This document shows, piece after piece, positions 46,211-56,661 of a stretch of 58,552 nt of DNA. The stretch is from positions 1 to 58,552 of IMG/VR virus record IMGVR_UViG_3300033181_000002, one strand, 5' to 3'. Origin of the DNA: a virus (Duplodnaviria > Caudoviricetes). The notes under the pieces were generated by a model, which was not told where the DNA came from, searched no databases, and worked only from the letters and a program-made list of their open reading frames with translations. Position numbers and translations under genes: made by a program. The number at the start of each line of letters is the position of its first letter. Within the stretch, counting starts at the first letter, position 1.

Positions 46211-46591
46211 TTGCCCTCGACCGGGATCGACCGCCGCACCGGCAAGCTGCTGCGGGGGTGGCCTCATGTCCTGCAATCGCTCGAGGTGATCTTCACAACC
46301 CGCATCGGCGAGCGCGTCATGCGCCGCACCTTCGGGTCCAACGTCCCCGCAATCCTCGGCCGCGAGAACATCGTCACCTCGGCGATCGCCCGCTTCTTCA
46401 CCGCCATCGTGGTGGCGATCGAGCTGTGGGAGCCGCGCTTTCGTGTGATCCGCATCATCTTCCCGCCGGCCGAAAACACGCCCGACGCCAACCGGACAGG
46501 ACGAATCGGCCTGCGCATCATCGGCCAGTACCGGCCGAATGCCCTGCAAGGCGACTTCACGGTCGATAGCATCAGGGACTTCACCCTTTGA
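46211..46591 (+). CDS. Baseplate wedge protein W/gp25
   Basis: GIDR.TG..L, H..QS...I.TT..G.RVMRR.FGS and WEPR motifs. Confidence 0.92.
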   Translation: MPSTGIDRRTGKLLRGWPHVLQSLEVIFTTRIGERVMRRTFGSNVPAILGRENIVTSAIARFFTAIVVAIELWEPRFRVIRIIFPPAENTPDANRTGRIGLRIIGQYRPNALQGDFTVDSIRDFTL

Positions 46592-47529
46592 CCGACCGTT
46601 TCCCGGATAACGCGCTCGACCTCAGCCTGCTGCCGCGCCCGGCCTCGATCGAAGCCATCAGCTTCGAGGCCATCCTGGACGCCCGCATGGCGGACCTCGT
46701 GGCCCGCTTCACGGCGGCGGCGATCACCTATGACGTGGGCATGCTGGAGACCGATCCAGCCAAGATCCTGCAGGAGGTCGACGCTTTCCGCGAAATGTTG
46801 GTGCGCCAGCGTATCGACGACGCGATCGACGCCACTTCGCTGGCCTACGCGGTCGGGACCGACCTCGACGTGCGGGCCGCAGACTTCGACACGCGCCGTG
46901 CCGCGGGCGAGCTCGACCCGTCGCTGCGCCGCCGCGCCCAACTCGCCTATGAGAACCTGTCGAAGGGCGGCTCCTACGGCGGCTACGAATATCAGGCCCG
47001 CGCCGTGTCGCCGGTCGAGATCGCCGATTGCGTCGTGTACGGCCACGAGATCGACGTCGTGCCGAAGGGCGAGGTCCGCATCGCGCTGCTCGGCACGAAC
47101 AGCTCCGGCGTGGCCTCCGACGACCTGATAGGCCGCGTGGCGGCCCGCTTCGCCGGCCGGGGAGACCGCAAGGTCAACGACCGCGTGAATGTTGTGCCGG
47201 CCGACATCGCCGGCTATGCGATCGACGCCACGCTGGTGCTCCGCCGCGGCGCCCAGCCCCGGCCCGACCCGGCCCCGGTGCGCAACGCGCAATACGTCCA
47301 GGTGCTGGCCTATGCGGCGTCGCGCCGGGCTATCGGCGCCACCATCACTTACCCGGGCTTGGCGGCCGCCCTCGGGGGCGGTCAGAGCGCCTCCTACATC
47401 GCCGACGTCGAGATCCACAGCCCCTTCGCCGGCGTCGAGCCTATCGCCAGCGTTCCACCAATCGGCGGCGGCCCCTTCGAGGCGCCCGTCTGCACCGGCC
47501 TGACGCTCGACTATCGGGTGGAGGCATGA
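46588..47529 (+). CDS. Baseplate J protein
   Basis: DLS.LP.P..IE...FE.IL, E.DP..K, A.G.DLD and LRRR motifs. Confidence 0.92.
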   Translation: MTDRFPDNALDLSLLPRPASIEAISFEAILDARMADLVARFTAAAITYDVGMLETDPAKILQEVDAFREMLVRQRIDDAIDATSLAYAVGTDLDVRAADFDTRRAAGELDPSLRRRAQLAYENLSKGGSYGGYEYQARAVSPVEIADCVVYGHEIDVVPKGEVRIALLGTNSSGVASDDLIGRVAARFAGRGDRKVNDRVNVVPADIAGYAIDATLVLRRGAQPRPDPAPVRNAQYVQVLAYAASRRAIGATITYPGLAAALGGGQSASYIADVEIHSPFAGVEPIASVPPIGGGPFEAPVCTGLTLDYRVEA

Positions 47530-48170
47530 CGGTGGCCACCGATCCCGGCGACGACGTCACCCTGCTGCCGGGTGCCCGCACCGACTGGGAGGTGGCGCAG
47601 TCCGCAACCTCGGCGCGCCTGCTCGGGATGGACGTCGACGCGATCCGCCGCGAGCGTCGCCCCGACCAATGCACGGTCGACTGGCTGCCGCTGCTCGGCT
47701 GGGAGCGCTCCGTGCATTTCTGGCGTGAGGGCGACGATGCGGGCAACCGCGCCCGCACGGGCTCGTCCTTCGATGATCACCTCGCCTACGGCTCGCCCGA
47801 GGCGCTCGAGGCCGAGATCGCCCAGGACGTCGGCCACGCCGGGAGGCTGCGCGAGTTCTTCGAGGTGCCCGGCGCCGAGTGGCCGGACTTCTTCTTCGAC
47901 GTCGACCTCGACCAGGCGCAGCCCGCGACGTGGCCGACCCTCGACGCGGTGCTGACCTCGGCGATCCGCCGCAAGAACGTTCGCGACTGGCCGAACGTGC
48001 GGATGTTCGTTCCCTCGCGGGGGCCGTCCTACCTCGGCGCCTCCGGCAGTATCGGCGGCGTCATCCGCTCGACGCCGCTCGACACCACGCCGCGCTCGTC
48101 GGTCGGGGACTGGATCGCCGCCGTCGGCGCGCTGAGCGGGATCATCACGTCGAGGCCGTACAGCGCATGA
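47526..48170 (+). CDS. Tail protein I (P2 gpI-like)
   Basis: LLP...T..E and P..C...WLP.L.WERSV..W motifs. Confidence 0.85.
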   Translation: MTVATDPGDDVTLLPGARTDWEVAQSATSARLLGMDVDAIRRERRPDQCTVDWLPLLGWERSVHFWREGDDAGNRARTGSSFDDHLAYGSPEALEAEIAQDVGHAGRLREFFEVPGAEWPDFFFDVDLDQAQPATWPTLDAVLTSAIRRKNVRDWPNVRMFVPSRGPSYLGASGSIGGVIRSTPLDTTPRSSVGDWIAAVGALSGIITSRPYSA

Positions 48171-48766
48171 GCAACCTCGTCACCAACCTCTACAAGCGGC
48201 GCGAGGCGGCCCGCGCGGCCGGCGGGCCGCCCATCGTCTTCACCACCTTCGCGTTCGGCGACGGCGGCGGCACCGCCGTGACGCCGTCCGTGGCCGGGAC
48301 GGGGCTCATCGATGAGGTGTATCGCGGCACGGTCGCCGGGGTGCAGATCAACAGCGCCAACCCCTTCCAGATCGACATCTCGTGCCCGCTGCCCGCGGCC
48401 GACGCCAACGGCAACTGGGTCGGCCCATGGTACGCCCGCGAGCTGATGGTGCTCGACGCCGACGGTGGCCAGCTCGTCGCCGGCGCGTGCAGCTTCAACA
48501 AGTCGGCGCCGCCCTCCGGCGACCAGAGCCAATACACTTACGTCGTGTCGATCGTGGTGTCGGACACGAGCGCCGTGGTGGTGCAGAGCCCGGGCGGCGT
48601 GTTCGTGCTCCAGTCCGACCTGCAGGAGGTCCAGGCCAACATGGCCGACCTGCTCGCACTCCTGGTCTTCGAAGGGCGCGGCTGCCTCACGCTCGAAGCC
48701 CACACCCGCGCCGGCGACGAGCGCGCCTTCCTCACGCGGCGGCGTCTCGCCGCCGCCCACCTTTGA
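48167..48766 (+). CDS. Tail-collar / fibre N-terminal domain protein
   Basis: FGDGGG....P, L..EVYR and GPW..RE....D.DG.L motifs. Confidence 0.8.
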   Translation: MSNLVTNLYKRREAARAAGGPPIVFTTFAFGDGGGTAVTPSVAGTGLIDEVYRGTVAGVQINSANPFQIDISCPLPAADANGNWVGPWYARELMVLDADGGQLVAGACSFNKSAPPSGDQSQYTYVVSIVVSDTSAVVVQSPGGVFVLQSDLQEVQANMADLLALLVFEGRGCLTLEAHTRAGDERAFLTRRRLAAAHL

Positions 48767-48781
48767 TCCGGGAGGATCCCC

Positions 48782-49819
48782 ATGGTCGACCTGACAGCCT
48801 CCCTCGACGCCGCGACCCAGCAGATCCTGGCGTTGCTGGCCCAGATCCGGTTCAGCAACGTCCGCGCCATCCAGGCGCAGGACATCGGCGCCGCCGACGC
48901 CTACGTCTTCGCGCCCATCCCGAACGTGACGGGCTACGGGGCCGACCTCGTGCTGGTGGCCGACATCGCGGCCCCCAACCTGACGACGACGCCGAAGCTC
49001 ACCATCCAGGGCCTGGCGACCATCCCGATCCAGGCGGCCGACGGGTCCACCCCGGCGATCGGCGCCGTCGCTGGCAAGCGGCTGATCGGCTTCTCGAGCG
49101 TCGGCGGCGGCGGCTTCGTGGCACGGCTGCTCGGCCTTGCGCCGGCCGACTTCGCCAACAATCAGGCCGCCCAGCAGCAGTTCGCGCCCGTCAACCGCGT
49201 GAAGCGCTTCACCGCCTCCGGCTGGTACACCGTGCCCCCGGCCAACCAGCCCGACGGCACCACCACGATCGACGTCGACCTGCAGGCGCCCGGCGGCCCC
49301 GGCGGCTGCTCGGGCAACGGCACGGGCGGCGGCGTGGCCGGCAATATCGGCGCCGGCGGCGGTGGTGGCGGCGCGGGTTCGAGGACGATCACGGGCCTCG
49401 TCCCTGGGACCCAGTACTACGTGACGATCGGAGCACCCGGCCAGGGCGTCGCGAACGTCTCCGGCACGGCGGGTGGTACCACCAGCTTCGGGCCATTCAT
49501 ATCCGCGACCGGCGGCGGCGCCGGGGCGACCGGGAATTATACAGTGGGCGGCGGCGGCGCGGCCGGCACCGTCACGGGCGCTGACCGCGCGTGGTCCGGC
49601 GGCACCGGCGGCTTCGCGGGTTCGAACTCCTCGACCGTAACGACGTCGGATGTCTCTCGGGTCTACGGCCGCGGCGGCTGGAGCCGTTACGGCTTCGTCG
49701 ACCTCGCGCAGACCGGCGCGACCGGCAACGGCTTCGGCGCCGGTGGCACGGGCGCGTCGGGCGGCTCGGGCCTCGCGGGCGGCAACGGCGCACCCGCCTT
49801 CGTGGATGTGAGGAACTGA
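48782..49819 (+). CDS. Glycine-rich tail fibre-like protein
   Basis: FTASG.YTVP, GGGGGGAG, V.IG..G and GG.TSFG glycine-rich domain. Confidence 0.75.
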   Translation: MVDLTASLDAATQQILALLAQIRFSNVRAIQAQDIGAADAYVFAPIPNVTGYGADLVLVADIAAPNLTTTPKLTIQGLATIPIQAADGSTPAIGAVAGKRLIGFSSVGGGGFVARLLGLAPADFANNQAAQQQFAPVNRVKRFTASGWYTVPPANQPDGTTTIDVDLQAPGGPGGCSGNGTGGGVAGNIGAGGGGGGAGSRTITGLVPGTQYYVTIGAPGQGVANVSGTAGGTTSFGPFISATGGGAGATGNYTVGGGGAAGTVTGADRAWSGGTGGFAGSNSSTVTTSDVSRVYGRGGWSRYGFVDLAQTGATGNGFGAGGTGASGGSGLAGGNGAPAFVDVRN

Positions 49820-49820
49820 C

Positions 49821-50318
49821 ATGAAAACCGCCTTCCGCGCCGTTTCCGGCATCGTCGTCGAGGTCGCGACGTATCCCGAGAATGCCAAGCTGTCGGACTG
49901 CTTCCACGCCGATCTTGGATTTGTGCCCCAGCCGGTCGACCAGTTCGGCAAGCCGGTCCCCGTCGCCGTCGGCATGACGTGGGACGGCCACGCGCTCTTG
50001 CCGGCCCCGGCGCTGCCGCCGCCCGCACCCCCGGTGCCGGACGTGATCTCGGACCGGCAGTGCTTTCAGCAGCTCGCCGCCATGGGCAAGATCTCGCAGG
50101 ACGAGGCGATCGCGGCCGTCACGGTCGGGGCGCTGCCGAAGGCCGTTTCGGACGGCATCGCCGCCCTGCCGGCCGAGCAGCAATTCCCGGCCCGCATGCT
50201 GCTCTGCGGCGCCACCGAGTTCCACCGCCTCCACCCGATGGCGCTGGTCTTCCTGGCGTTCTTCGGCCTGGGCGAGCCGGACCGCGACCCGCTGTGGACC
50301 GCGGCCGCGGCGCTGTGA
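49821..50318 (+). CDS. Tail fibre assembly-like protein
   Basis: VP..IS.RQ..QQL and F.R.HP motifs; follows a fibre gene. Confidence 0.6.
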   Translation: MKTAFRAVSGIVVEVATYPENAKLSDCFHADLGFVPQPVDQFGKPVPVAVGMTWDGHALLPAPALPPPAPPVPDVISDRQCFQQLAAMGKISQDEAIAAVTVGALPKAVSDGIAALPAEQQFPARMLLCGATEFHRLHPMALVFLAFFGLGEPDRDPLWTAAAAL

Positions 50319-50353
50319 GCGCCGGGGCGCACCCTCGATCCTGACGGTGACCC

Positions 50354-50743
50354 ATGGCGACGCGGATCCGGGACCTGCCGCTGGTCGGCAACACCATGAC
50401 GGTCGGCACCAACGAAGATTGGCTCGACGGCCTCGGAGCCTGGCTCGACGCCGCCGGCGCCCCGATCCCGTTCGACGGCCTGGTGCTGAACTTCCAGATG
50501 CGGCCGCAGAATGATGCCTTCGCCGCGCCGCTGAACGCGTCCACGGCCACGGCGGTCTACGGCATGCCCGTGTCGGGGACCGTCTCGGTGTCCGGCAACG
50601 TGGCCGCGCTCTCGTTCTCTCGCGCCATCATGCTGCGGGTCGCGCCCGGCGCCTACGATGCCGAGCTGCAGGCGGTCGGCGACGGGCTGACGATCACGAT
50701 CGGCCGCTACACCGTGACGGTGGTGGAGGGCGTGCTCCGGTGA
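50354..50743 (+). CDS. Hypothetical tail-associated protein
   Basis: Beta-rich ORF ending in V.EGV.R; coupled to the collagen-like gene. Confidence 0.6.
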   Translation: MATRIRDLPLVGNTMTVGTNEDWLDGLGAWLDAAGAPIPFDGLVLNFQMRPQNDAFAAPLNASTATAVYGMPVSGTVSVSGNVAALSFSRAIMLRVAPGAYDAELQAVGDGLTITIGRYTVTVVEGVLR

Positions 50744-52299
50744 TCACCTCCGGCTTCACGATCCTGCGCCCCACCGCGCCGGGCGTCGCCCCGGGCACGG
50801 TTCTCCCGGCCGGACCGCAAGGCCCGGCCGGGGCGGCGTCCACCGTTCCGGGCCCGGCCGGTCCCACGGGTCCGCAGGGCGCCGCGGGTCCAATCGGGGC
50901 GGCGTCAACCGTTCCGGGGCCGCAAGGTCCGATCGGCCCGACGGGCGCCACCGGTGCGGTGGGCGCGGCCGGTGCGACCGGTGCGGCATCGACGGTCGCG
51001 GGTCCGACCGGACCTGTCGGACCTGCTGGCCCGACGGGGCCGCAAGGTGCCACCGGCGCGACGGGCGCCGCGTCGACGGTTGCGGGTCCGACCGGGCCGC
51101 AAGGCGCCACCGGCGCGACGGGCGCCGCATCGACGGTCGCAGGTCCAACCGGTCCGGTCGGCCCGACGGGTCCAACGGGCGCGACGGGAGCCGCTTCGAC
51201 GGTCGCCGGGCCTGCCGGGCCGACGGGCGCTACGGGGCCTGCCGGCGCCACCGGGCCGACCGGGGCCGCGTCCACCGTCGCGGGTCCGACCGGAGCCACC
51301 GGGCCGGCCGGCGCCACGGGTGCGACAGGTCCCGCGGGTCCGACGGGCGCCACCGGCGCGGCCGGCGTCGTCAACGACTATCCGATGCAGGGGCGGCTCA
51401 CGCTCGTCTCGGGCACGCCCGAGATGTCGGCCGCGGTCGCGCAGGGAACGGTCTATTACACGCCCGCCACCGGCCGCTACGTCAGCCTGTGGAACGGCAG
51501 CGACTTCGCCGCGACCGCCTTTGCCGAGGTCGGCCAGGCCCTGTCCGACGCGACGAAGAGCCCGGCGGCGGCCGTCGCGGGTGCGGTCTACGACCTGTTC
51601 GGATGGCTCGACGGATCGGCGGTCCGCGTCACCCGCGGCCCCGCCTGGACGGCGGGCGCCCCGGTGGGCAGCAACACGGCGCGTGGCTCCGGCGCGGGTT
51701 CGACGGCGCTCACCCGCGTCAACGGCGTCCTCGTCAATGCGGTCACCATCACCAACGGCCCGGCAGCGGGCTACGGCACCTATCTCGGCACGATCGCGAC
51801 GGACGCGGGCGCCGCGACGGTCAGCTTCAACACCGGGACGGCTGCGGCTGGCGGCGGAGCCGCCATCATCGGCGTCTGGAACAATTTCAATCGCGTCTCG
51901 ACTGGCGGCGCCGTGCGCGATACGACATCGTCCTGGACCTATGCCGCGGCGGCGACGTGGCGCGCCGCCAACGGCTCGGCCACGGCGCGCGTCACCTTCG
52001 TGACGGGGCAGCCCGACGATGTGTGGACCTTCAGCTACGACGCGATTACGACGGCTTCGTCCTCCGGCTACGCCGCCACGGGCCTCGGGCTCGACACCAC
52101 GGCAGCTTTCGCCGGTACGACCGGCTACAGCGTCGCAAACTCCACTGTGCAGACCCACGCCGATGCTTCCGCGCAGGTATCCGGTCAGCACTTCATGTCG
52201 GCGATCGAATTCACCAACGCGGGAACGATGACGGGATTTGGCACCTCGGGTGCCGGAGCGTCGATCCTGTCGGGCCTCGTGTGGTCCGGGAGGTATTGA
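50740..52299 (+). CDS. Collagen-like (Gly-X-Y) fibre protein
   Basis: About 180 aa of GPT/GAT/GPA triplets interrupted by AASTV(A/P), then a QGRLTL.SG.P C-terminal domain. Confidence 0.85.
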   Translation: MITSGFTILRPTAPGVAPGTVLPAGPQGPAGAASTVPGPAGPTGPQGAAGPIGAASTVPGPQGPIGPTGATGAVGAAGATGAASTVAGPTGPVGPAGPTGPQGATGATGAASTVAGPTGPQGATGATGAASTVAGPTGPVGPTGPTGATGAASTVAGPAGPTGATGPAGATGPTGAASTVAGPTGATGPAGATGATGPAGPTGATGAAGVVNDYPMQGRLTLVSGTPEMSAAVAQGTVYYTPATGRYVSLWNGSDFAATAFAEVGQALSDATKSPAAAVAGAVYDLFGWLDGSAVRVTRGPAWTAGAPVGSNTARGSGAGSTALTRVNGVLVNAVTITNGPAAGYGTYLGTIATDAGAATVSFNTGTAAAGGGAAIIGVWNNFNRVSTGGAVRDTTSSWTYAAAATWRAANGSATARVTFVTGQPDDVWTFSYDAITTASSSGYAATGLGLDTTAAFAGTTGYSVANSTVQTHADASAQVSGQHFMSAIEFTNAGTMTGFGTSGAGASILSGLVWSGRY

Positions 52300-52754
52300 T
52301 GAACGTCACCGCCCTTCATGACGCCTTGGCGGCCGTCTGCCCGATCGCCGGCGTTTCTGGCCCGATCTTGCCGCCGTCGCCCTGGACGACATACCCGGCC
52401 GCCGACGGCTTGCAGTGGCGCATCGACTTCGACGCGTCCGCGACCGCCGCTCAGCAACAAGCCGGCATCGCGGCTCTGGCCGCCTATGCCAACACGCCGC
52501 CGGTTCCCACCGTCACGGGCCGGCAGGTCAAGGATCAGGTGAAGGCGGCCGGCGCCAGCGCGGCCGTCGTGGCCTTCCTGGCCAAGGCGGGCCAGTCCGG
52601 CGGCGCCAAGCCCGACGACTATCTCTACTGGCTCGGCATCGCGCTCGACACGCCGATCCCGGTCGACAACCCGAAGGTCGGCCGCATCCTCTTCGGCAGC
52701 GGGGTCGGCGACGTGCCCGGCTTCATGGCGGCGGCGGCGCTCCTCCCGGCCTGA
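52299..52754 (+). CDS. Hypothetical protein (fibre chaperone-like)
   Basis: TGATG coupling to the fibre gene. Confidence 0.55.
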   Translation: MNVTALHDALAAVCPIAGVSGPILPPSPWTTYPAADGLQWRIDFDASATAAQQQAGIAALAAYANTPPVPTVTGRQVKDQVKAAGASAAVVAFLAKAGQSGGAKPDDYLYWLGIALDTPIPVDNPKVGRILFGSGVGDVPGFMAAAALLPA

Positions 52755-52872
52755 CCTTCCGTCCCGCGCCGTGGCGGTCCCGTAAAGCACCCCTCAGCCA
52801 CCCGCTCGGACCGCCTTTGCGCGGTACCTTTCCGTCCGCCAGTGGCGGCGCCTCCGCTCGGAGTAAGAGATC

Positions 52873-54618
52873 ATGACGTCGCCCAATTATGGCTTCATCT
52901 TCAACCAGCTCGACACCGACACCATCCCGCCGGTGCTCAGCGACTTCTCGGTACTGGGCATCGTGCTGCCCAGCGATGACGCACTGTCCAGCGTGTTCCC
53001 GCTGAACATCCCCGTGGACATCAACACGGGCGACACCGCGACGTTGGCCGCCATGGGGACGGGACCGCTTTACCAGAGCGTGCTGCGGATCAACAACCAA
53101 CTCGCCGACCTCCAGCGCTCGGCCCGGGCGGTGGTGGTGCGCGTGCCGACCGCCAGAAACCCCGGCGGCACCGAGAACATCGACGGCACCATCGCGAACA
53201 TCGTCGGCGATCCGGCGGCCGGCACCGGCATCTACGCGCTGCTGAGGGCCCCGTCCTTGCTCGGCGTCACGCCGCGGGTGGTCGGTGCGCCCGGCTACAC
53301 CGGCAAGGTGTATTTCGGGGTGACGGCGCCGGTCATCACCAATCCGGGCAACAACTACAGCCATCCTGTGGTGTCGTTCAATCCGCTGGGCGCCACCGCC
53401 ACCGCGACCGTCGGCAACGCCGGCGTCACCGCGACCGCGCATGCCACGCTCGGCAGCGGCGCCTCGGCCGGCACGATCGCGGGCATCGCGGTCGACAGCG
53501 GCGGCCAGGATTATGGCGCGGCACCGGCCGTCACCTTCTCGGGCGGCGGAGGCACTGGGGCTGCGGCCCATGCGGTGCTCGGCGCCAACGGCCAGGTGTC
53601 GTCGATCGTGGTGGACAATCCCGGCACGGGCTACACGTCGGCCCCTGCCGTGGCGGTCGCGGCGCCGGCCGGCGGCCAGATCACTGCCATCGCGCTGACC
53701 AACCCGGGCGAATATTCGCCCGGCACGGCCGTCACGGTCACGATCGCCGACAGCAACGGCGGGACGGGCACCGGCGCGGCCGCCACGATCACGCTGGAGA
53801 TGCTGCAGAACCCGGTCTGTGCGGCGCTGCCCGCGGTGCTGAACGCGCTGCTGGCGCACGCCCCGGTCGGCGGCCCCGGCACCACCAAGGCCGACGCCAT
53901 CGCCTGGCGCGGCACGCTCTCCTCGCAGCGCCTGGTGCCGGTCGACAATTGGGAGATCGTGCCGGCCGGGGCAGGGGACGCCTACATGGACGGCGCCGCC
54001 ACCGTGATGGGCACCGCGGTGCGGGTCGATTTCCAGCACGGCGGCTACCCGTTCTGGAGCTGGGCCAACCAGCCCGTGCAGGGCATCCTCGGCCTCAAGC
54101 GGGTCGACGCTCTGAGCCTGCTCGATGGCGCCACCGACGGCCAGGAACTGCTGGCCGTGGGGGTCGGGGTCACGGCGCGTGGCGACCTCAGCGACACCTC
54201 GGTGGCCGACTCGGGCTGGATCCTGGTGTGCTACCAGAACGCCGCCACCGACCCGCGCTACAATCTCTTGAACAAGACGCGCGGCCGCGATTTCACCAAC
54301 CTCGCCCTGATCAAGTCGATCCGGCTCCGGCTCGGCAAGGACAACATCACGCCGCACGACGTGCAGGCCGTGCTGAACGACATGACGGCCATCATGTCGG
54401 ACCTGAAGTCGCGCGAATGCGTGATCGGCTTCGTGATCGGCTTCTCGGCCGACGCCAACACGCCCGACAACCTCAGGGCCGGCCGCTTCCGTGTCTACGA
54501 CAATTCGGAGGAGCCCGCGCCGATCCTGCAGGTCACCATCGACCGCGCGCTCGATCGCGACGCCCTGGTCACCGAGCTGGCCCAGATCGCCTCTGGCTCG
54601 AACTCCGCTACGGGCTGA
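52873..54618 (+). CDS. Contractile tail sheath protein with internal insertion
   Basis: GTGIYALL.A...LGVTPR...APGY and PF.S.ANQ...G motifs; precedes the tube gene. Confidence 0.9.
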   Translation: MTSPNYGFIFNQLDTDTIPPVLSDFSVLGIVLPSDDALSSVFPLNIPVDINTGDTATLAAMGTGPLYQSVLRINNQLADLQRSARAVVVRVPTARNPGGTENIDGTIANIVGDPAAGTGIYALLRAPSLLGVTPRVVGAPGYTGKVYFGVTAPVITNPGNNYSHPVVSFNPLGATATATVGNAGVTATAHATLGSGASAGTIAGIAVDSGGQDYGAAPAVTFSGGGGTGAAAHAVLGANGQVSSIVVDNPGTGYTSAPAVAVAAPAGGQITAIALTNPGEYSPGTAVTVTIADSNGGTGTGAAATITLEMLQNPVCAALPAVLNALLAHAPVGGPGTTKADAIAWRGTLSSQRLVPVDNWEIVPAGAGDAYMDGAATVMGTAVRVDFQHGGYPFWSWANQPVQGILGLKRVDALSLLDGATDGQELLAVGVGVTARGDLSDTSVADSGWILVCYQNAATDPRYNLLNKTRGRDFTNLALIKSIRLRLGKDNITPHDVQAVLNDMTAIMSDLKSRECVIGFVIGFSADANTPDNLRAGRFRVYDNSEEPAPILQVTIDRALDRDALVTELAQIASGSNSATG

Positions 54619-54623
54619 CCTTG

Positions 54624-54680
54624 CTCCTCCCCCTCGAGAGAGGGGGAGGGGGACCACGCGCAACGTGGTGGAGGGGGCGA
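54624..54680. repeat. Alphaproteobacterial intergenic palindromic repeat-like element
   Basis: CTCCCCCTC..GAGGGGGAG hairpin followed by GACCACG..CGTGGTGGAGGGG. Confidence 0.5.
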
Positions 54681-54752
54681 ACACGCCACTCCAGCCTTTC
54701 CCGTCCCTCACATCCCGCACGCGGCTTGGCCACGGCGGAAGGATGATCCGCC

Positions 54753-55283
54753 ATGTCCTACCTTTACGTCCAGGAGGCCGCCAACCTGTTCGTGGGCGAC
54801 CGGGGTCCCGACAACTCCAAGCACCTCGTGCTCGAGAACCACAAGCTGCCCGACCTCGAGGAGATCACGCAGGACCATCACGCCGGCGGCGCCATCGCGG
54901 CCATCGACGTCGGCGGCCTCGGCATCAAGGCGCTGACCAGCACGTTCAAGCTCAAGGGCCACGACCCCCAGACCCTGAGCCAGTTCGGCATCGGCGGCCG
55001 CACCGCGTTTCCCTTCACGTCTTACGGCCTGATCCGCAACAAGAACGGCGGCGCCGCCATCCAGTCCAAGGCCGTGATGTGGGGAAGGCTCACCAAGATC
55101 GCGACCGAGCAGCACAAGCGCGGCGAGATGATGGGCCACGACCACGAGATCAAGGAGATCCTGCGCTACGCGCTCTATTTCGGCACGCAGGAGAAGATCT
55201 ACTGGGACTTCTTCGCCTCGATCTGGCGCGTCGACGGCGCCGTGCAGAACCAGGACATGCTGACCGCCCTGGCGATCGCGTAG
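54753..55283 (+). CDS. Major tail tube protein (P2 FII-like)
   Basis: KLP.L......H.AGG and G.L motifs; size and synteny. Confidence 0.88.
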   Translation: MSYLYVQEAANLFVGDRGPDNSKHLVLENHKLPDLEEITQDHHAGGAIAAIDVGGLGIKALTSTFKLKGHDPQTLSQFGIGGRTAFPFTSYGLIRNKNGGAAIQSKAVMWGRLTKIATEQHKRGEMMGHDHEIKEILRYALYFGTQEKIYWDFFASIWRVDGAVQNQDMLTALAIA

Positions 55284-55320
55284 GGGCCTGAGGGCTAGGC
55301 CGCCCGTAGCGGCCACAGGC

Positions 55321-55995
55321 TCAGTTTGGCAATCCGGGATCGTCGACGCAATATGGATCGCTGTAAGCGTCGTCGGCGCCTATCCAGGACGGGCGCTGGC
55401 CGCAGATGTCGATGGGCGGCTTGCATTTGTCGCAAGAAAACGCGCCATAGCTGTTGACGATGACGTCCCCTTGGACATCTACAGGCAGTAGGCTCAGGCC
55501 GAAGTTGCCGTCTCGGTGATATTCCAAGAGCATGTAACCTGGAAAAGTAGACCCTGAGTCGCTAATCCAGTGAAAACCTACCTGATCCGGTGCTGCCCGC
55601 TCTGTGATCTTTCCCTTTGAGCCTGCCAGCCTCTGGACATCCTCCAGCGTTCGAGCGGTCCGCAGCTTTTTTGCAAACGCGAGCGTAAACGGCACGGTCG
55701 TACGCTCCTCGTCAGGATCGGCCAAATCCCACCGGTCAGCCATGGCCGTTTTCGCGGTTTGCGAGTGCTCCGGCGGACTGTCCGCGGTTGTGGGGTGGCT
55801 ACCGATCCATATTGCCCAGACGATCACGCCGGCGACGCCCACCACGCAGAGCTGAATGTAGAGCTTCACGGCGCGACCAACGACTTGGTCGACCTTGGCC
55901 ACGGTCCGTCTGGGCAGCACCCAGCCCATCACGATCCTGACAGCACCCAACACAACCAAAGCGGCTAGGCCGAGCACCAGGATGACGCCGAACAT
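55321..55995 (-). CDS. Moron-like membrane-anchored protein
   Basis: Antisense to the late operon, lower GC, two N-terminal transmembrane segments and a Cys-containing C-terminal domain. Confidence 0.7.
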   Translation of the reverse strand: MFGVILVLGLAALVVLGAVRIVMGWVLPRRTVAKVDQVVGRAVKLYIQLCVVGVAGVIVWAIWIGSHPTTADSPPEHSQTAKTAMADRWDLADPDEERTTVPFTLAFAKKLRTARTLEDVQRLAGSKGKITERAAPDQVGFHWISDSGSTFPGYMLLEYHRDGNFGLSLLPVDVQGDVIVNSYGAFSCDKCKPPIDICGQRPSWIGADDAYSDPYCVDDPGLPN

Positions 55996-56023
55996 TCGAA
56001 CCTCCTTCGAAGGACTGCAACCT

Positions 56024-56566
56024 ATGCCCGACATCGCTCCCGGTGCAACCGCCGCTCTCGGACCCGACGGCTTCCCGCTGAACCCGATCAGCGTCGGGGC
56101 GGCTGCGCCTTCCGCTCCGCCCGTCGCGGCAGCGCCGGTCCCGGCCGCTCCGGCCGTCCCCGAACCCGCTGCACCGCCCGTTACGCGTTTTCTCAACGAT
56201 CGGTCGCGCGTCAAGACGGTTGCCCTCGACTGGCCCGTCGAGGTCGACGGCGTCGCCTATCGCGAGGTCGTGGTGCGCCGCCTCACAGCCGGCGAGGTCG
56301 GGGCCTTCGTCGACAGGGTGCGGGCGTCGGGATCCGGCGCGGAGGTCCGCTTCCCACTGTTCTACGACGCGGCCGGCACCCCCATCCCGGACAGGGCGTG
56401 GGACGCCTTCGACAGCGACGACGCCGACAAGCTGGTCGAGGCCGGCGACGATTTTTTGCCCGCACGCTTCCGGACCGTGAGGACGGCGGACGCCTCGGGC
56501 CCGGGCAATGCCGCTACTACCGGGCCTTCGTCGCCCACGTCACAGGCTACGGCCTCGACGAGCTGA
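56024..56566 (+). CDS. Tail assembly chaperone (gpE-like); -1 frameshift product ends at 56640
   Basis: V.LDWPVEVDG..Y.EV.VRRLT.GEV; slippery GAT TTT TTG at 56450-56458. Confidence 0.85.
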   Translation: MPDIAPGATAALGPDGFPLNPISVGAAAPSAPPVAAAPVPAAPAVPEPAAPPVTRFLNDRSRVKTVALDWPVEVDGVAYREVVVRRLTAGEVGAFVDRVRASGSGAEVRFPLFYDAAGTPIPDRAWDAFDSDDADKLVEAGDDFLPARFRTVRTADASGPGNAATTGPSSPTSQATASTS

Positions 56567-56661
56567 ACCGCCTCTACTGGGACCAGTTCCTGGCCGAGGT
56601 CGAGACCGCCATGCGGCTGCGCGACGACCTGGGAATCTGAGGGACCTGAGGACATGAGCCT

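Noticed and set aside
50800-51370. DGR or shufflon-type variable repeats in the fibre gene
   Set aside because: The repeats are explained by Gly-X-Y collagen coding; no reverse transcriptase or adjacent invertase sites were seen.
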